A stretch of 64,000 nt of DNA from Escherichia phage 172-1, in the sequence record NC_028903.1. One strand, given 5' to 3'. The first letter of the stretch is position 1. Each line of letters starts with the position of its first letter. Both the position numbers and the translations under genes were made by a program. Positions 35,485-47,851 of this stretch are shown here, piece after piece. The notes beneath the pieces are model-generated. The model had not been told where the DNA came from. It saw only the letters and a program-made list of their open reading frames with translations, and searched no databases.

Positions 35485-38400
35485 ATGGCTAACATTAAAC
35501 CGTGGGAAGAAGCTTCCAAAGCTCCTGCGTATCTGAATGCCTCTCCGGAGCAGCAAGCTCAAATGAGAGAACAATATAAGGCAGCAGGTGGCTCTATTCC
35601 TGAGGAACAGCCAGTAGCACAACCACAACAAGAAGAACGTGGTGTTATAGGTGAGTTTGCTCAAGGTGTGTCAAATGCTCTTCAATCTGGTGGTGCAAAT
35701 ATTGCAGCTAGTGCTGCTAAAGGTATTGGTGGTTTAGTTGAGATTGGTGAGAATCTAGCTGGAGCACAAACTAGTTATGGAAAGCGTATCCAAGAGAACT
35801 CTCAGAACCTTCTGAAAGAACGTATGGATAAGATTGAGGATGGGATTGGTAAAACTGCTGGGCAATATGCTGGCGTTGTTGGTGATATTGGTTTGACTGT
35901 TGCTAACCCATTAGCTGCCGCTGCTATCATTGCAGGTCGTGAGACAGGTCGTGCATATGCAGACCAAACTCCTGAAGAGGGAGAAGATAAGTCTGTTCTG
36001 GATGCCGCTCTAGTTGGTGGTGCTAACTATGCAGCTCAGAGAATCCTTCCGGGTGCTGTTGGTACAGCTGAGTCTACACTTGGTCGTATTGGTCAGAACG
36101 TTGCTAGTAACGCAGTGGCTGGTGCTAAAGGTGGTGCTCTTGTAGGTGCTGCTGAAGCTCAGAACAAACATGGTGATGACACAACCTTTGCTAATGTCTT
36201 AGAAGGTGCTATTGAAGAAGGCGCTATGGGTGCTGCATTCGGTGGTGCAGTTGGTGGTGTTCATGGTTTGATTAGTCGTCCAGATTCTACTGTCTTCAAG
36301 AATACTCCAGAGTATGCGAAGACTGATATTGCTGCTGATGATGAACTGATTCGTAGTGCTAAGAATGTTGATGAACTGAAAGAAGCTTATTCTAAAGCTG
36401 AAACTGCTAACGCTGCTTCCGCTCTTAATCTTCTGGATGAGAATGGATTCCGTATTACTGATGCTGTTGCTGTAGACTCTCCTGCTGCTCAGCGTATTCT
36501 TAATACAGACCAAGCTCGTGCTGAGAAAGCTGCTTCTGCTCAGAAAGAGCATTCTAACATTCCAGGACTCAATCCTTTGGCTTCTCCTGCTAAGGTTCGT
36601 GGTAAAGCATTCGCTGATAATGAGCACAATCAGAAGCAAGCTGTCGCTATGAAAGATGCAATGGCTGACTACACCAAGGATAACACGAAAGCTCTTACAG
36701 ATGTTCTAGATAACCTAGACCGTGAATTAACTTCTCTTAGAGCATCTGGACACTTCACCGGTAGTCCACTTGACGTTAAGAATCGCACACAAGCTGACCG
36801 TGATTTCATTGATGCTTACAAGACTTTCTACAACGAGGCGAATCGATTCAAAGCTCGTGATGGTGAAGACTTTAATAACTTTGTAGAGAAAGCTGCTGAG
36901 CTACAGAAGATGGCTGATAACGTTTCTCCAGAGATGAAGAAAGCTATTGGCGGGTTGAAGAAACTGAAAGGTATGCCTGAAGGTTTTAATCCCATTCAAG
37001 ATGCCTACACTCTGAACAATACAGCTAAATTCATGAGCAACCAAGACCGTGGTTGGACTTCCCTGACTGATGATGGCTTCCGTGAGACTTCTTCTCCTAG
37101 TCTGGTTATGAACACCCTTGGTGCTGCTAAGTATGCTATAAACCGCTTCTCTTCTCAGCGTGCTCGCTCTCAACGTGTTAAGCAACAAGAGGCTAACAGT
37201 GAAGCTATCCGCTCTCTGGCTCGTGGTGATTTGGAAGTTGCTCGTGCTAAATCTACTGCTGATGAAGCTCGTGCTAAAATGGAAGAAGAACCAGTTGTTG
37301 ATGACATTAAATTCAAGACGCAAAATGACGTAGAAACCGAACCGGTTCGGGAGCCTTCTTCTAGTACTGTGACGGAAGAAAATCTTCCTTCTTCTGCTCC
37401 TCAAGAATCTCCTCTTACAGCTCGTGATTTAGTTGCGCAAAGACGTGCTATCCGTCAGGCTGAACAGCGTCGTGCTGAAGAAGAGGCAGCTGCTGCTCAA
37501 GAAGCTCCGGTTGAACAGGCTCCACAGGCTGAACCACTCCCTGCTCGTAATCCTTTAGAGGAACGTCGTGCAATGGAACAGCAACGTGCTCAAGAAGAGG
37601 CCGCACAGGCTCCAGAACCAACCGTAGAGGAACCAACAGCCAAAGCTGAGCCATTACCTGCTCGTGCTCCTAAAGCTCCTGAGGAAGCTGTACAGGACGT
37701 TAAACCGGAAAGCGGTATAGAGTACCTAGCTGCTATGTCAAGTACTGCTCGTCAAGTTGCTAGAGATCGTGCAACACGTTTTGCTAAATCCTTATACTCT
37801 AAGGCTGCTAAGGCTAAAGCTACTGCTGAAAACTTCTTAGCTTACAAAGGCGACCCTTTGGAGTTGATGCGTCGTATTCGTCGGGAAGATAATGCTATCA
37901 ACACTGAACGTCATGAAGAGATGGCTCGTAATCAGTTAGCTTCTCAGCAAGGTATTGCTACTGCTAAGAACAACACTGTACGAACTAATTTTGCTGAATG
38001 GGTTAAGGAACGTGGTCTGCCAGAAGACATTGCTACTAAGGCATTACGTGCTGAAGAGAAAGGTTTAGGTGGGAACGTGACTAACTTAGATAGTCTGAAA
38101 CGTCGTGCTGAGAGATTGTATCAGAAGCAGCGTGAGGATGAGTTTGATAGGCTGTACCAAGAAGCTCTGGAAGAGAACAAAGCTTTCGATAAGAAGGATG
38201 CTCCTAAATTGGTTGACCAGAAGAAAGAGCTTCAGTCTGAGATTGATACTTTGATTGATTCAGAACCTTTACGTCCTGCTCAGAAAGATGCTATGCGCAA
38301 GCTGATGAATGATTATGTAGATGGGAAGTTTAAATCTTCAGAGAAGGCTGGTAGAGAAGAGGCTTTGGAAGTTGGTCAGATGAAGGATGTTTGGGATGGG

Positions 38401-39906
38401 TTTATTAACACCTATAACAGAGAAGTGAATGCCTTCAACAAAGCTAACAAGAACTCTCAATACGAAGCTGCTGCTAAACACTTGCAGGCTCGTGAAGAAC
38501 GTCTTGCTACTCTGAGAAATAAAGCTCAGGCTCGTTCAGATGCTAAAGCTGCTGTTGAAAATGAACGTAAAACTCTAGAGGCTATTGCAGCTCAGAAGAG
38601 TGAGATTGAGAAGATGATGGAAGGTTTACCTAAGCCTGTTCGTGAAGCTCAGGAATCTCGTACATTGAAACAGTTGGCTGCTCACCATGATAAGAACTCT
38701 CCAGTTCCTCCAGAGAAGTTCCGTAGTTACATTGAACGTATCCATAACGCCGAGTCAGATTACCTTGACCGTCAGCGTCGTTTAACTGATGCAGAGGAAG
38801 ATGCTCGTCAGGCTAAGTGGAATAAGATGTATGAGCAAGCGGAAGAGATGGACCGTAAATTTGATATAGACAAAAGAGTTAAACGCAGTGAAGAGCTTAA
38901 AGCGGCTCAGAAGCGTGAGAATGATCTCATGGCAGTACAACGTCAACGTGACGACATTCATCGTCGCCTGATGCATACTTTGGAAGATAAAGGCATATCT
39001 AAAGAGGATGCTGAAGCATTTGCTGGTTCCTACATGGATAACCGTTATGCACTTCTTGATAAGCCTATGACTCCTACTGAACATCAGAATGCTCGTTCTC
39101 GTATCGAAGCTGATGTTGAGAAGTTTGCTAAGAAGTACGAATCAATGACCCCTATCGAGAAAGAGATTGTTAAGATTACTGGAGATACTGAAGGTAAGCT
39201 TGATAACTTGGATGCGGATACTAGGAAGGCTGTTGAGGAGGCTCAGAAGGTTGACTCTGATATTAAGAAACTGCAAGAGGAAGAGTTGGAGATGGAGAAG
39301 ATTCGTTCTGCTCTGCCTGACGATGAAAAATCTCAAGCAAATTCTGATATCTTGGAAAGTATTAAACAGCAGGAAGAAGTCTTTGCTGATAAAGTAGAGA
39401 AAGCTTTCTTGAGTGGGAAGAGCTTGGATGAGTTGGCTAGTGTGGCTGAAGTTTTAGACAGGGTTCATGGTGCAGACAAGGCTGGTAACAACCGTCGCTT
39501 TGTACGTGCATTGCAGACTGCTGCTGAAAACAAGAAGAAGTATGGTGATAATCCGGTAGCTTGGTTTAGTGCTGATGATTATTCTGCTATTGCTAAACTT
39601 GGTGCTTCTTCCGCAGGTGGTAACAAATCTAGAGCACTGGAGAAGATCTTTGGTTCTACAGCTGAACAAGCTAAGAGTAAGTTGCTTGGTAGGGATGATG
39701 TAGCGAAGATGAGACGTGTAATTGAAGAGAACCCTGATGTTAAGATTCCTTCTTACAAGACAACGAATCGTACTGAGTACTTGCAGTTCTTGGAGAAGTT
39801 TAATGACGAAGGGAAGCCGAAGATTAAACGTGGCTCATTGTCAGAGAAGCTTGAACGCAGTAAGCGTCAATCGAGACTCCGTGTAAGAGTTCGACCTAAG
39901 GAGTGA
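35485..39906 (+). CDS. large virion protein (~1470 aa; ejection/internal protein or tape-measure-like)
   Basis: Start placed at ATG 35485 with AAGGAG RBS; track start 35440 lies inside the promoter motif; A/E/K-rich with long helical regions. Confidence 0.5.
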   Translation: MANIKPWEEASKAPAYLNASPEQQAQMREQYKAAGGSIPEEQPVAQPQQEERGVIGEFAQGVSNALQSGGANIAASAAKGIGGLVEIGENLAGAQTSYGKRIQENSQNLLKERMDKIEDGIGKTAGQYAGVVGDIGLTVANPLAAAAIIAGRETGRAYADQTPEEGEDKSVLDAALVGGANYAAQRILPGAVGTAESTLGRIGQNVASNAVAGAKGGALVGAAEAQNKHGDDTTFANVLEGAIEEGAMGAAFGGAVGGVHGLISRPDSTVFKNTPEYAKTDIAADDELIRSAKNVDELKEAYSKAETANAASALNLLDENGFRITDAVAVDSPAAQRILNTDQARAEKAASAQKEHSNIPGLNPLASPAKVRGKAFADNEHNQKQAVAMKDAMADYTKDNTKALTDVLDNLDRELTSLRASGHFTGSPLDVKNRTQADRDFIDAYKTFYNEANRFKARDGEDFNNFVEKAAELQKMADNVSPEMKKAIGGLKKLKGMPEGFNPIQDAYTLNNTAKFMSNQDRGWTSLTDDGFRETSSPSLVMNTLGAAKYAINRFSSQRARSQRVKQQEANSEAIRSLARGDLEVARAKSTADEARAKMEEEPVVDDIKFKTQNDVETEPVREPSSSTVTEENLPSSAPQESPLTARDLVAQRRAIRQAEQRRAEEEAAAAQEAPVEQAPQAEPLPARNPLEERRAMEQQRAQEEAAQAPEPTVEEPTAKAEPLPARAPKAPEEAVQDVKPESGIEYLAAMSSTARQVARDRATRFAKSLYSKAAKAKATAENFLAYKGDPLELMRRIRREDNAINTERHEEMARNQLASQQGIATAKNNTVRTNFAEWVKERGLPEDIATKALRAEEKGLGGNVTNLDSLKRRAERLYQKQREDEFDRLYQEALEENKAFDKKDAPKLVDQKKELQSEIDTLIDSEPLRPAQKDAMRKLMNDYVDGKFKSSEKAGREEALEVGQMKDVWDGFINTYNREVNAFNKANKNSQYEAAAKHLQAREERLATLRNKAQARSDAKAAVENERKTLEAIAAQKSEIEKMMEGLPKPVREAQESRTLKQLAAHHDKNSPVPPEKFRSYIERIHNAESDYLDRQRRLTDAEEDARQAKWNKMYEQAEEMDRKFDIDKRVKRSEELKAAQKRENDLMAVQRQRDDIHRRLMHTLEDKGISKEDAEAFAGSYMDNRYALLDKPMTPTEHQNARSRIEADVEKFAKKYESMTPIEKEIVKITGDTEGKLDNLDADTRKAVEEAQKVDSDIKKLQEEELEMEKIRSALPDDEKSQANSDILESIKQQEEVFADKVEKAFLSGKSLDELASVAEVLDRVHGADKAGNNRRFVRALQTAAENKKKYGDNPVAWFSADDYSAIAKLGASSAGGNKSRALEKIFGSTAEQAKSKLLGRDDVAKMRRVIEENPDVKIPSYKTTNRTEYLQFLEKFNDEGKPKIKRGSLSEKLERSKRQSRLRVRVRPKE

Positions 39907-39914
39907 TAAAAGAA

Positions 39915-39950
39915 AAGCCCCAACCGAAAGGAAGGGGCTTTATTTATTTC
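39915..39950. terminator. bidirectional rho-independent terminator between convergent arms
   Basis: AAGCCCC / GGGGCTT stem with T-rich tails on both strands. Confidence 0.6.
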
Positions 39951-40575
39951 TAGATTTTCTTGTAAGTGATAGTTCCTTCTTTAACAGCTTTATCATAAGC
40001 CGCTTTGAACTTTTTCATCATATCAATTTTGCTCTGTTTTATCTTTTCAAAAACCATCAAATTCGTCATACATCCCAATTCTCTTCAGAAGTCTGGATGT
40101 TCATCTTCAAAGCATCCTGAGATGCCTCCGTAGAACCAATCTGATTTACTGCCAAGGATAACAACTTCTTCATTCATATACCCTCCTAGATTGTGTTTAT
40201 AAAATTAGTAAGTTTCTCTTCGCTTTCATCAAAAGCTTTTCCAGCTGCTTCCATCTCCCAAGTCTCGGCATTGTCAATAAAGCTCTGAGCTTCTAATAGA
40301 TCGTGGATTAAGTCGAAGAGTTTATTTTTATCTGCTTGTGTGATCATGTCAGTTCCTAGATTAAATCGTAATACTGAATAATGTCAGAGAGTTTGAACTC
40401 TCGAATCTCATCTTTCTCTATATCTATCGCTGTCATAATCCAACAAGGTTTGCCACCGTTATGAAAACGGGAGCTAGCAACGGAGGTTCGGAGTGGAATA
40501 ACGGACCGGTCAGCAACCTCGCCTCTCCAATTGCGATAGCGAAAGCGAAGCACTTGTTGCGTAGATTTTTGATCA

Positions 40576-41028
40576 TCACTCATTTCCTTTTTTGAATTGT
40601 TTTCTTGCATCATTCTCTTCTTTTGTTTTAATCTTATGACAAGGGTCTTTACATAGAACCTGAAAACCCTCTTTCTCACACAGAGCACGAGAGATGATTT
40701 CATCCCAAGTTGCTTCATGGTCAAGAGGAACTATAGGCTCTATGTGGTCAATAGCCATATCCTTTACAGGGTGGTCAGAACCACACATGGCACACTTAAA
40801 GTGCATTGCCAGTCTGCCTGTCTTTGGATTAATCTTCTGCTCTGTCTTGGCGTCTGCTAGTGCATCGAACATGGGCTTCCACTTTCTAGTCAGAGAACGA
40901 ATCCCTGACTTGATGAAAGAATTATAACGAGCTTCAGTCCACATGCCGGAGCATCTAGTTTTCTCAGACTTCGCCATAATCAGCTTCTTCCCATACGCGC
41001 TTACCCACTCGATGTGATACTTTTTCAC
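40576..41028 (-). CDS. HNH endonuclease
   Basis: 150 aa; CAMCGSDHPVKDMAIDHIEPI ... CKDPCH metal-binding HNH signature. Confidence 0.55.
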   Translation of the reverse strand: MKKYHIEWVSAYGKKLIMAKSEKTRCSGMWTEARYNSFIKSGIRSLTRKWKPMFDALADAKTEQKINPKTGRLAMHFKCAMCGSDHPVKDMAIDHIEPIVPLDHEATWDEIISRALCEKEGFQVLCKDPCHKIKTKEENDARKQFKKGNE

Positions 41029-41156
41029 GCTTTTCTTTAATATAGCGACTTCCTAATTCATGGCTATACTTAATGCGCTGCTCCTTACGAGATTCACGAT
41101 TGGAGGAGTTTTCATCATATGAACGATAATCAAATTTACCCATTATAATATCCTTA

Positions 41157-41975
41157 TTACCAAGATTTGTCTAACCATGTCCAGTCGAACAGGTCTTCCG
41201 GAGTCTGACCAACAAAGAGCAGCCGAGCATTCTCAAGCATCTTCTCTTCATCTTCAGTATCGAACTTCTTATAATACTCCATTCGTACTATATGATACAT
41301 GGTCCATTTGTCTGTAACACCAGCCAACAACTTAGCTGCTGCTTTCTTCCCTACTCCTTGGCGTCGAAGCTGAAGCTTACCGCCCCACATAACTTCTTTA
41401 CGTTCTCCACATCCGGGGATATTATCTGTTCCATCTCCAATCAACATCTGATAGAAGAAGTTTTGCCATGAAACTAAATCAGATACATAGTGAGGAGGAA
41501 CTTCTTTCTGCCTTTCTCCACAAGCCCAACGGTAGTGCCATCCGGGAGTTATCAACAAATCTTTGTCTCTAGTACAGATGATAGTGTTCTTATCTCTACG
41601 TTGCCTTTCAGCTAGTGCATCATCAGCCTCTCTCCCAAATACATCTATGTATTCATATTTACCTTTAATATAATCACCAACATTTTGCCAGTGAAAAGGT
41701 CTTTCTCCGGGAGGTCTATTTGCCTTGTAGTCTTGCTGCTTAGCAACATCGAAACGGAAGTTACCACCTTCGCTGAAGTAGAACACAACCTTACTGCAAC
41801 CTGAGCGAGCAATGATAGTATCTATCTTGTACTGAAGTCGTTCAATCATGAAATTGTAATCAACTGGAACACGTCCTGTGTCAAGGAAAGGATGCTCCTG
41901 AGTAAGAGCACCCACTTCATATCGAAGAACGTCAGCATCCACTATAGCTACTTCAGGGAGCTTAACGTCTTCCAT
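41157..41975 (-). CDS. T7 gp6-like 5'-3' exonuclease
   Basis: 272 aa; YKANR and IGDGTDNIPG motifs as in T7 gene 6 / FEN-like nucleases. Confidence 0.6.
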   Translation of the reverse strand: MEDVKLPEVAIVDADVLRYEVGALTQEHPFLDTGRVPVDYNFMIERLQYKIDTIIARSGCSKVVFYFSEGGNFRFDVAKQQDYKANRPPGERPFHWQNVGDYIKGKYEYIDVFGREADDALAERQRRDKNTIICTRDKDLLITPGWHYRWACGERQKEVPPHYVSDLVSWQNFFYQMLIGDGTDNIPGCGERKEVMWGGKLQLRRQGVGKKAAAKLLAGVTDKWTMYHIVRMEYYKKFDTEDEEKMLENARLLFVGQTPEDLFDWTWLDKSW

Positions 41976-41976
41976 A

Positions 41977-42500
41977 TTATTCTCCTAACAGCTTACGAAT
42001 TTCATTGCGGAAATTATCATACTCTTCAGGGTATTCAAACCCACATTCGAGAAGAGCGTAGTGAACAACCTTCAACAAATCCTGAGCCTTATTCTTATCC
42101 TTGTGTCGATAAGCATATTTGATCATGTTGGTTTGTTGGAAGTTCAACTGAGGGTTTGCATGGTAAAACTCAACAGGCTGAATTATCTTATTATTGGGAT
42201 TGTAGTGAGAACCTCCCACCATAGATGCTAGTGCTGGATTGCCTTGAGATGCCATTTCTAATTGCTCCGTGTGGTCATGTGAGTAGTCTACTAAAGAAGC
42301 CTTGTTACCAGTCACTTTAGGTAAAATTGCTCTAGCTATTTCTATGTACTTACCGCCATCAACATTAATTTGAAACTCCACAAGTTCATCCTGTAGTTCA
42401 TACCCTGATAAACTTGATAGCCCCTCTAGCTCATCTCTGAGAAAATCTAAAAGTTTGCTTTTAATTGCAAGAGCTTTCTTTAAAGATATCATCCCTTCAC

Positions 42501-42510
<10 letters not shown>
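41977..42510 (-). CDS. hypothetical protein (possible DUF3310-like)
   Basis: 177 aa; KYAYRHKDKNKAQDLLKVVHYAL resembles a recurrent phage motif; weak. Confidence 0.3.
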
Positions 42511-43794
<1,284 letters not shown>

Positions 43795-44042
43795 AATGCA
43801 TCTCTTTATAAACGGTTTCCGTGTTCTTCTTCCAGCTAGATAAACCGGTAAGAACTCTCTGAGCAACTTCATCGGCTGCCTTACTTCTTTCAATCTCTAA
43901 CTCTTGTTGATGTTTCTCTTTGTCTAGATTACTACTGTCTGTTTGGTACTCATTAAACTTCATACCACCAAAGAATACAAGAGCTGAGAAAACGATAAAC
44001 CCTAAGTTATCACTTAATGTGTTTTGCATGTTGTCTCCAACG

Positions 44043-44065
44043 AAAAAAGCCACCCGAAGGTGGCT
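44043..44065 (-). terminator. rho-independent terminator after SSB gene
   Basis: Perfect AGCCACC / GGTGGCT stem, cgaa loop, U6 on minus transcript. Confidence 0.6.
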
Positions 44066-44087
44066 AAGCTATAACAAGGAGAGTTAC

Positions 44088-44834
44088 TTAGAATGGGCTA
44101 TCGTTGTCGTCTTCATAAGTAGAAGCAGGTTCTTTATCAATCGTAGGGATTGAAGGAGTAGCTTCTTTCTGTTCTGTTTCAGAAGCACGAGTAATTTCAC
44201 GACCAGCCAGAGGCATGTTCTTAGCGTCATTAGCTTGAGTAAGCAGGTTGCGCTGGAACGGGAACATCAGTTGATAGGATGCTACGTTCTCATCGGTTTC
44301 TGCATACGGTTCGAAGAATACCAGAGGACTGCGAGCTTCACCAACTGCTGCACGATATTTGGTTGGGATTGGAGAAATGGTTTTGATGGAGTTTTTAACT
44401 TCACCAGCTTTATTAGTGTAAGAGTTAACCAGAATGTTAACAGGCTGACCTAACAGCACATCCTTAAACCAAGACAGATCACCTTTCAGTGCTTGAATGC
44501 TTGGGTCAATCATCTTGCAGAGATCAAGGATACCAGAGTTCTTAGCTCGTGGGTTTACATCATAGCTCTTGAACTGGCAAGCAGGACGTGGTTCTAATGC
44601 CTTACCATCGGAATCTTTACCAGTAGCATCAACACCAATCAGCTCGAAAGCCAAATCCATACGGAAAGCTGGATTCTTAGGAGTTACTGCTTTGGTCTTC
44701 GGGTCAATCCAAGGGTCACGATTGTGAACACCCAAACCTACTACACGAACAATACGTGCTTCGTACTCACCATCAGGGATGACGTCGTAGTTGGATTTAC
44801 GGGAAGAAGTTGCGATAGTTGGAATCATAGACAT
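44088..44834 (-). CDS. T7 gp2.5-like single-stranded DNA-binding protein
   Basis: 248 aa; acidic C-terminal tail ending YEDDNDSPF (terminal Phe as in gp2.5). Confidence 0.55.
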   Translation of the reverse strand: MSMIPTIATSSRKSNYDVIPDGEYEARIVRVVGLGVHNRDPWIDPKTKAVTPKNPAFRMDLAFELIGVDATGKDSDGKALEPRPACQFKSYDVNPRAKNSGILDLCKMIDPSIQALKGDLSWFKDVLLGQPVNILVNSYTNKAGEVKNSIKTISPIPTKYRAAVGEARSPLVFFEPYAETDENVASYQLMFPFQRNLLTQANDAKNMPLAGREITRASETEQKEATPSIPTIDKEPASTYEDDNDSPF

Positions 44835-44893
44835 ATTTTAATTTCCTTATTTAATTTGAAAGATTGTTGCTCTCTTTGAGCGGTTATGTATAG

Positions 44894-44902
44894 TATACAT
44901 TA
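44894..44902 (-). promoter_or_regulatory. phage promoter core TAATGTATA (leftward, upstream of SSB)
   Basis: Read on minus strand ~60 nt upstream of ATG 44834. Confidence 0.45.
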
Positions 44903-44943
44903 CGCTTATACCGATAAGAGTACTATATAATATAAGTATCTTT

Positions 44944-44976
44944 GGTAGTAGATATAACACACTAGTAATGTATATA
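44944..44976 (+). promoter_or_regulatory. phage promoter (GGTAGTAG-N14-TAATGTATATA), rightward into ORF-free AT-rich region
   Basis: Core at 44966-44976; no plus-strand ORF downstream. Confidence 0.45.
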
Positions 44977-45380
44977 TTGTATAGCTGATAAAGTTATTGC
45001 AGGCTTGTATATTGGGCAATTCACAGAATCCCTTGCAAGTACCGAAGGGCAGGAGCCACCTGCGAGATAAAAATAGAGAATTAAGGAATCCTTGATTTAG
45101 GTTGTAGGGACTCCTAGGGACTTTGATTCTCTATTTAAAAGAATATTAATTACTTACTACCTAAATAATTAACTAACTTACTTAAACCAAATTCAAGAAT
45201 GATAGATAAAAAGATTATTCCTAAGAAAGCTAAGAAGTAAAGTATATAAGTTACCATTCAAGTAAACCTTTAAAGTTAGATTGTTCTACTATCCTCTGAT
45301 AACGAAGATTAGAATCAGCTTGTTTCTTTAACATCTCATTATATTTATCTCTGATAGAGTCTTTATAAACTACAGGTTCT

Positions 45381-45881
45381 TTAAATAACGAGATCTTCTT
45401 TTCTTCTTTCATCGAAAACCTTCCTAATCTCTTGCAGAGAAACAGCTTTATAATCAATTTGCTCCATTGATGTACAGAAATATCTCCAATCATCAATTAC
45501 ATGGTTATGTGTATGAGCATAAATATTAAACTTCCCTCTCATTTCATCAGAGTGAATAGGGATATGAGTTACCCAAAACTCTTTATATTTAAAATCACCA
45601 GAGATTCTACGAAAGACTTTCATCATATCAGGGAGAAGTTCTAACCTATCATGATTCCCTAAGACCAGATGCTTCTCTCCTTTTACTTCAGCGATAATAT
45701 CAAGGGCATACTTTTCAAATACCCAATCACCAGTAAAAAAGATTTTATCACGTTTGGTTACGTGGTCAAAAGCAGCTAGAATTGCTTTGTCATGTTCTTC
45801 GATGTTTTTAAATTGCTTACGAAAACTACAGATGTTTCGATGACCTAAGTGACCATCTCCTGCAAAATAAACTTCAGCCAT
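45381..45881 (-). CDS. calcineurin-like metallophosphoesterase
   Basis: 166 aa; GDGHLGH, GDWV, GNHD and HTH metallophosphatase motifs. Confidence 0.65.
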   Translation of the reverse strand: MAEVYFAGDGHLGHRNICSFRKQFKNIEEHDKAILAAFDHVTKRDKIFFTGDWVFEKYALDIIAEVKGEKHLVLGNHDRLELLPDMMKVFRRISGDFKYKEFWVTHIPIHSDEMRGKFNIYAHTHNHVIDDWRYFCTSMEQIDYKAVSLQEIRKVFDERRKEDLVI

Positions 45882-45890
45882 AAAGACCTC

Positions 45891-46373
45891 TTAGATAGTT
45901 AATTTGTGATCTTCCTCCGCTCTGTTTCTAACAGAGACGGCTTCCTCTAGGGTTGAGAAAGTTCCTAGGTATTTAGTTTTACCCTTAATGTGGATATTGG
46001 CTATGTACTTCCCTCTTGAATTGAGGTATACACCCTTAGCCCCTGATGTGTTGTTAGAGTTCAAACCCTTGTTCCAAGAATTATTCTCGTTGTTAACTTC
46101 TCTAAGGTTGCCTATGGAATCATTGGAAGGGTTTCGATCAATGTGATCTATTTGATCTTTAGGTAAAACGCCATTAGCAAAATACCAAATGATGTGGTAT
46201 CTGTAAATGGATCTTCCTTTCACTCGGATAAGTACTCTTCCATCCTTTTTTGAAGTTCCTGCCTCATCGCCCCGCCTGCATTTTGTTCCGTTGTGAATTC
46301 TCCAGAACACTTTTCCAGATGATAAATCACAAACAAAGAACTCATCCAGAAGATCTTCTATCATATCATGCAA
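45891..46373 (-). CDS. HNH homing endonuclease with AP2-like DNA-binding domain
   Basis: 160 aa; DHIDRNPSNDSIGNLREV HNH core and GVYLNSRGKYIANIHIKGKTKYLGTF AP2-like segment. Confidence 0.6.
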   Translation of the reverse strand: MHDMIEDLLDEFFVCDLSSGKVFWRIHNGTKCRRGDEAGTSKKDGRVLIRVKGRSIYRYHIIWYFANGVLPKDQIDHIDRNPSNDSIGNLREVNNENNSWNKGLNSNNTSGAKGVYLNSRGKYIANIHIKGKTKYLGTFSTLEEAVSVRNRAEEDHKLTI

Positions 46374-46874
46374 CCATCACATACGAAATCCCCGCTCAGA
46401 GATTCTTGTAACAAACGACTTTGTTCATCGGAGACTAATTGATTAACAACTTTCTGTAACTCCAGCAGTTGATCAAAATCTATATATCCCCCTTCTTCAA
46501 GGACATTGGTTTCAATTCCCCATAAAGGTGATGGCATGTTTCCACTTGCTTTAAAAATCATTATATCTCCTTAGCTCCAAGATTTAGCTTTTACTTCAAC
46601 GTAGGTTTTAACCTCACCTTTCAGTACTTCCTGAGAAGCATTTGCACTTTCTTCAGAGGTGTGCACAACGGTGATCTCTTTCTTTCCAATCTTATAAGTG
46701 TGAACCCAAATCATTCCTCTTCCTCGTATTCCCAATTTCTTTCATAATATCCAGAGTTGTAGTTTAGGGCGCATTTCTCAGCCTCTTCTATGTCATCGGT
46801 ATTTAGGATATTAACCCATCCACCAACTTCATCAAAACCTTCATCTACTTCATTAAACCATACACTGTACTTTT

Positions 46875-47267
46875 TCATCGAATCACCAGAGGCTCTTCAG
46901 AGTACACAGGAGCGGCTATTTCTACAGGAGGTGCTGCCCTAAGGTCGTTGAGTCTTACGCCCTTCAGCATCCCATCTAGGTGGTCCTTTTTGGGGATTCC
47001 AACAGGGAAGTCGTCAATCCAGATATCTACAAAGAAACCTAGTTGTCGACATACATCATCCTTCTGGACACCATTGCAAAAGATGATAGGAATTTGCAAA
47101 CACTCTGCATCAATCTTAATGTCGTGATTATCATATCCATTAGGCTCTGCAAAGCGATAAGTTACAAAACGTACATCATAACCCTTCGCTTGCATTAATG
47201 TCACCACAGAGCGCCACAGCTCCTTATCTGAGGTGTAAGTATCATCATAATCTAAACCAATATTCAT
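46875..47267 (-). CDS. HAD-superfamily phosphatase (nucleotidase-like)
   Basis: 130 aa; N-terminal IGLDYDDT (DxDxT) and WIDDFP motifs. Confidence 0.5.
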   Translation of the reverse strand: MNIGLDYDDTYTSDKELWRSVVTLMQAKGYDVRFVTYRFAEPNGYDNHDIKIDAECLQIPIIFCNGVQKDDVCRQLGFFVDIWIDDFPVGIPKKDHLDGMLKGVRLNDLRAAPPVEIAAPVYSEEPLVIR

Positions 47268-47287
47268 TTCTAAATCCTTTAGACAAG

Positions 47288-47310
47288 AAAAGCCGCCCTA
47301 AGGCAGCTTC
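47288..47310 (-). terminator. rho-independent terminator-like hairpin
   Basis: GCUGCC / GGCGGC stem (one G-U) followed by U-rich tail on minus transcript. Confidence 0.4.
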
Positions 47311-47500
47311 TTATTTAACTATTCACTTTAGCTTCAAGAGTTTCATTTTCAATACTCAAGTCAATCACTACACCAGTAAGCTCAACAACTGCTTGGCGAA
47401 GGGCATCTTTACCCATAGAGTGTACTTGAGATAAGAAGAAAGCTTTACCTTCTTCAGTGGACAGGGTTTCTTTTAATTCAGAAGCAGTCATTGATATTCC

Positions 47501-47695
47501 TTATGTTATGTTATAAATTCGCATGATTGTACCGCCATTGGCTTCAATAGCAGCAACCATTTGGTTTCGTTCTTCATCCGTGTAAACTAACACACTTCTA
47601 AACTCACCCGTTGCATCAGTATAAAGGATGTTGTATTTCGGAGGTGGCTTACGGTAGATACCTTCCATCATTCTTTCTCCTCTCGTTCTTTCCAC
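47501..47695 (-). CDS. hypothetical protein
   Basis: 64 aa ORF. Confidence 0.3.
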   Translation of the reverse strand: MERTRGERMMEGIYRKPPPKYNILYTDATGEFRSVLVYTDEERNQMVAAIEANGGTIMRIYNIT

Positions 47696-47851
47696 AGTTC
47701 AGCAAGTTCTAAATAAAACTCAGCTTCATCAGGACGTCCTTGTTCATTACAGATGGCGCTCTGACGATAACACCAATCCGATGGCATCTCTTCCACTTCA
47801 ATCTCCTTGTTACGAACCAATCAATAAGAATAGTTCATTCGTCTTATTTAT

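Noticed and set aside
35485-39906. Calling the ~1470 aa protein a tape measure protein
   Set aside because: No tail tube, sheath or assembly-chaperone frameshift genes were recognised nearby; the gene follows a lytic transglycosylase and Q/N-rich proteins, more like podovirus internal or ejection proteins. Left as an undetermined large virion protein.
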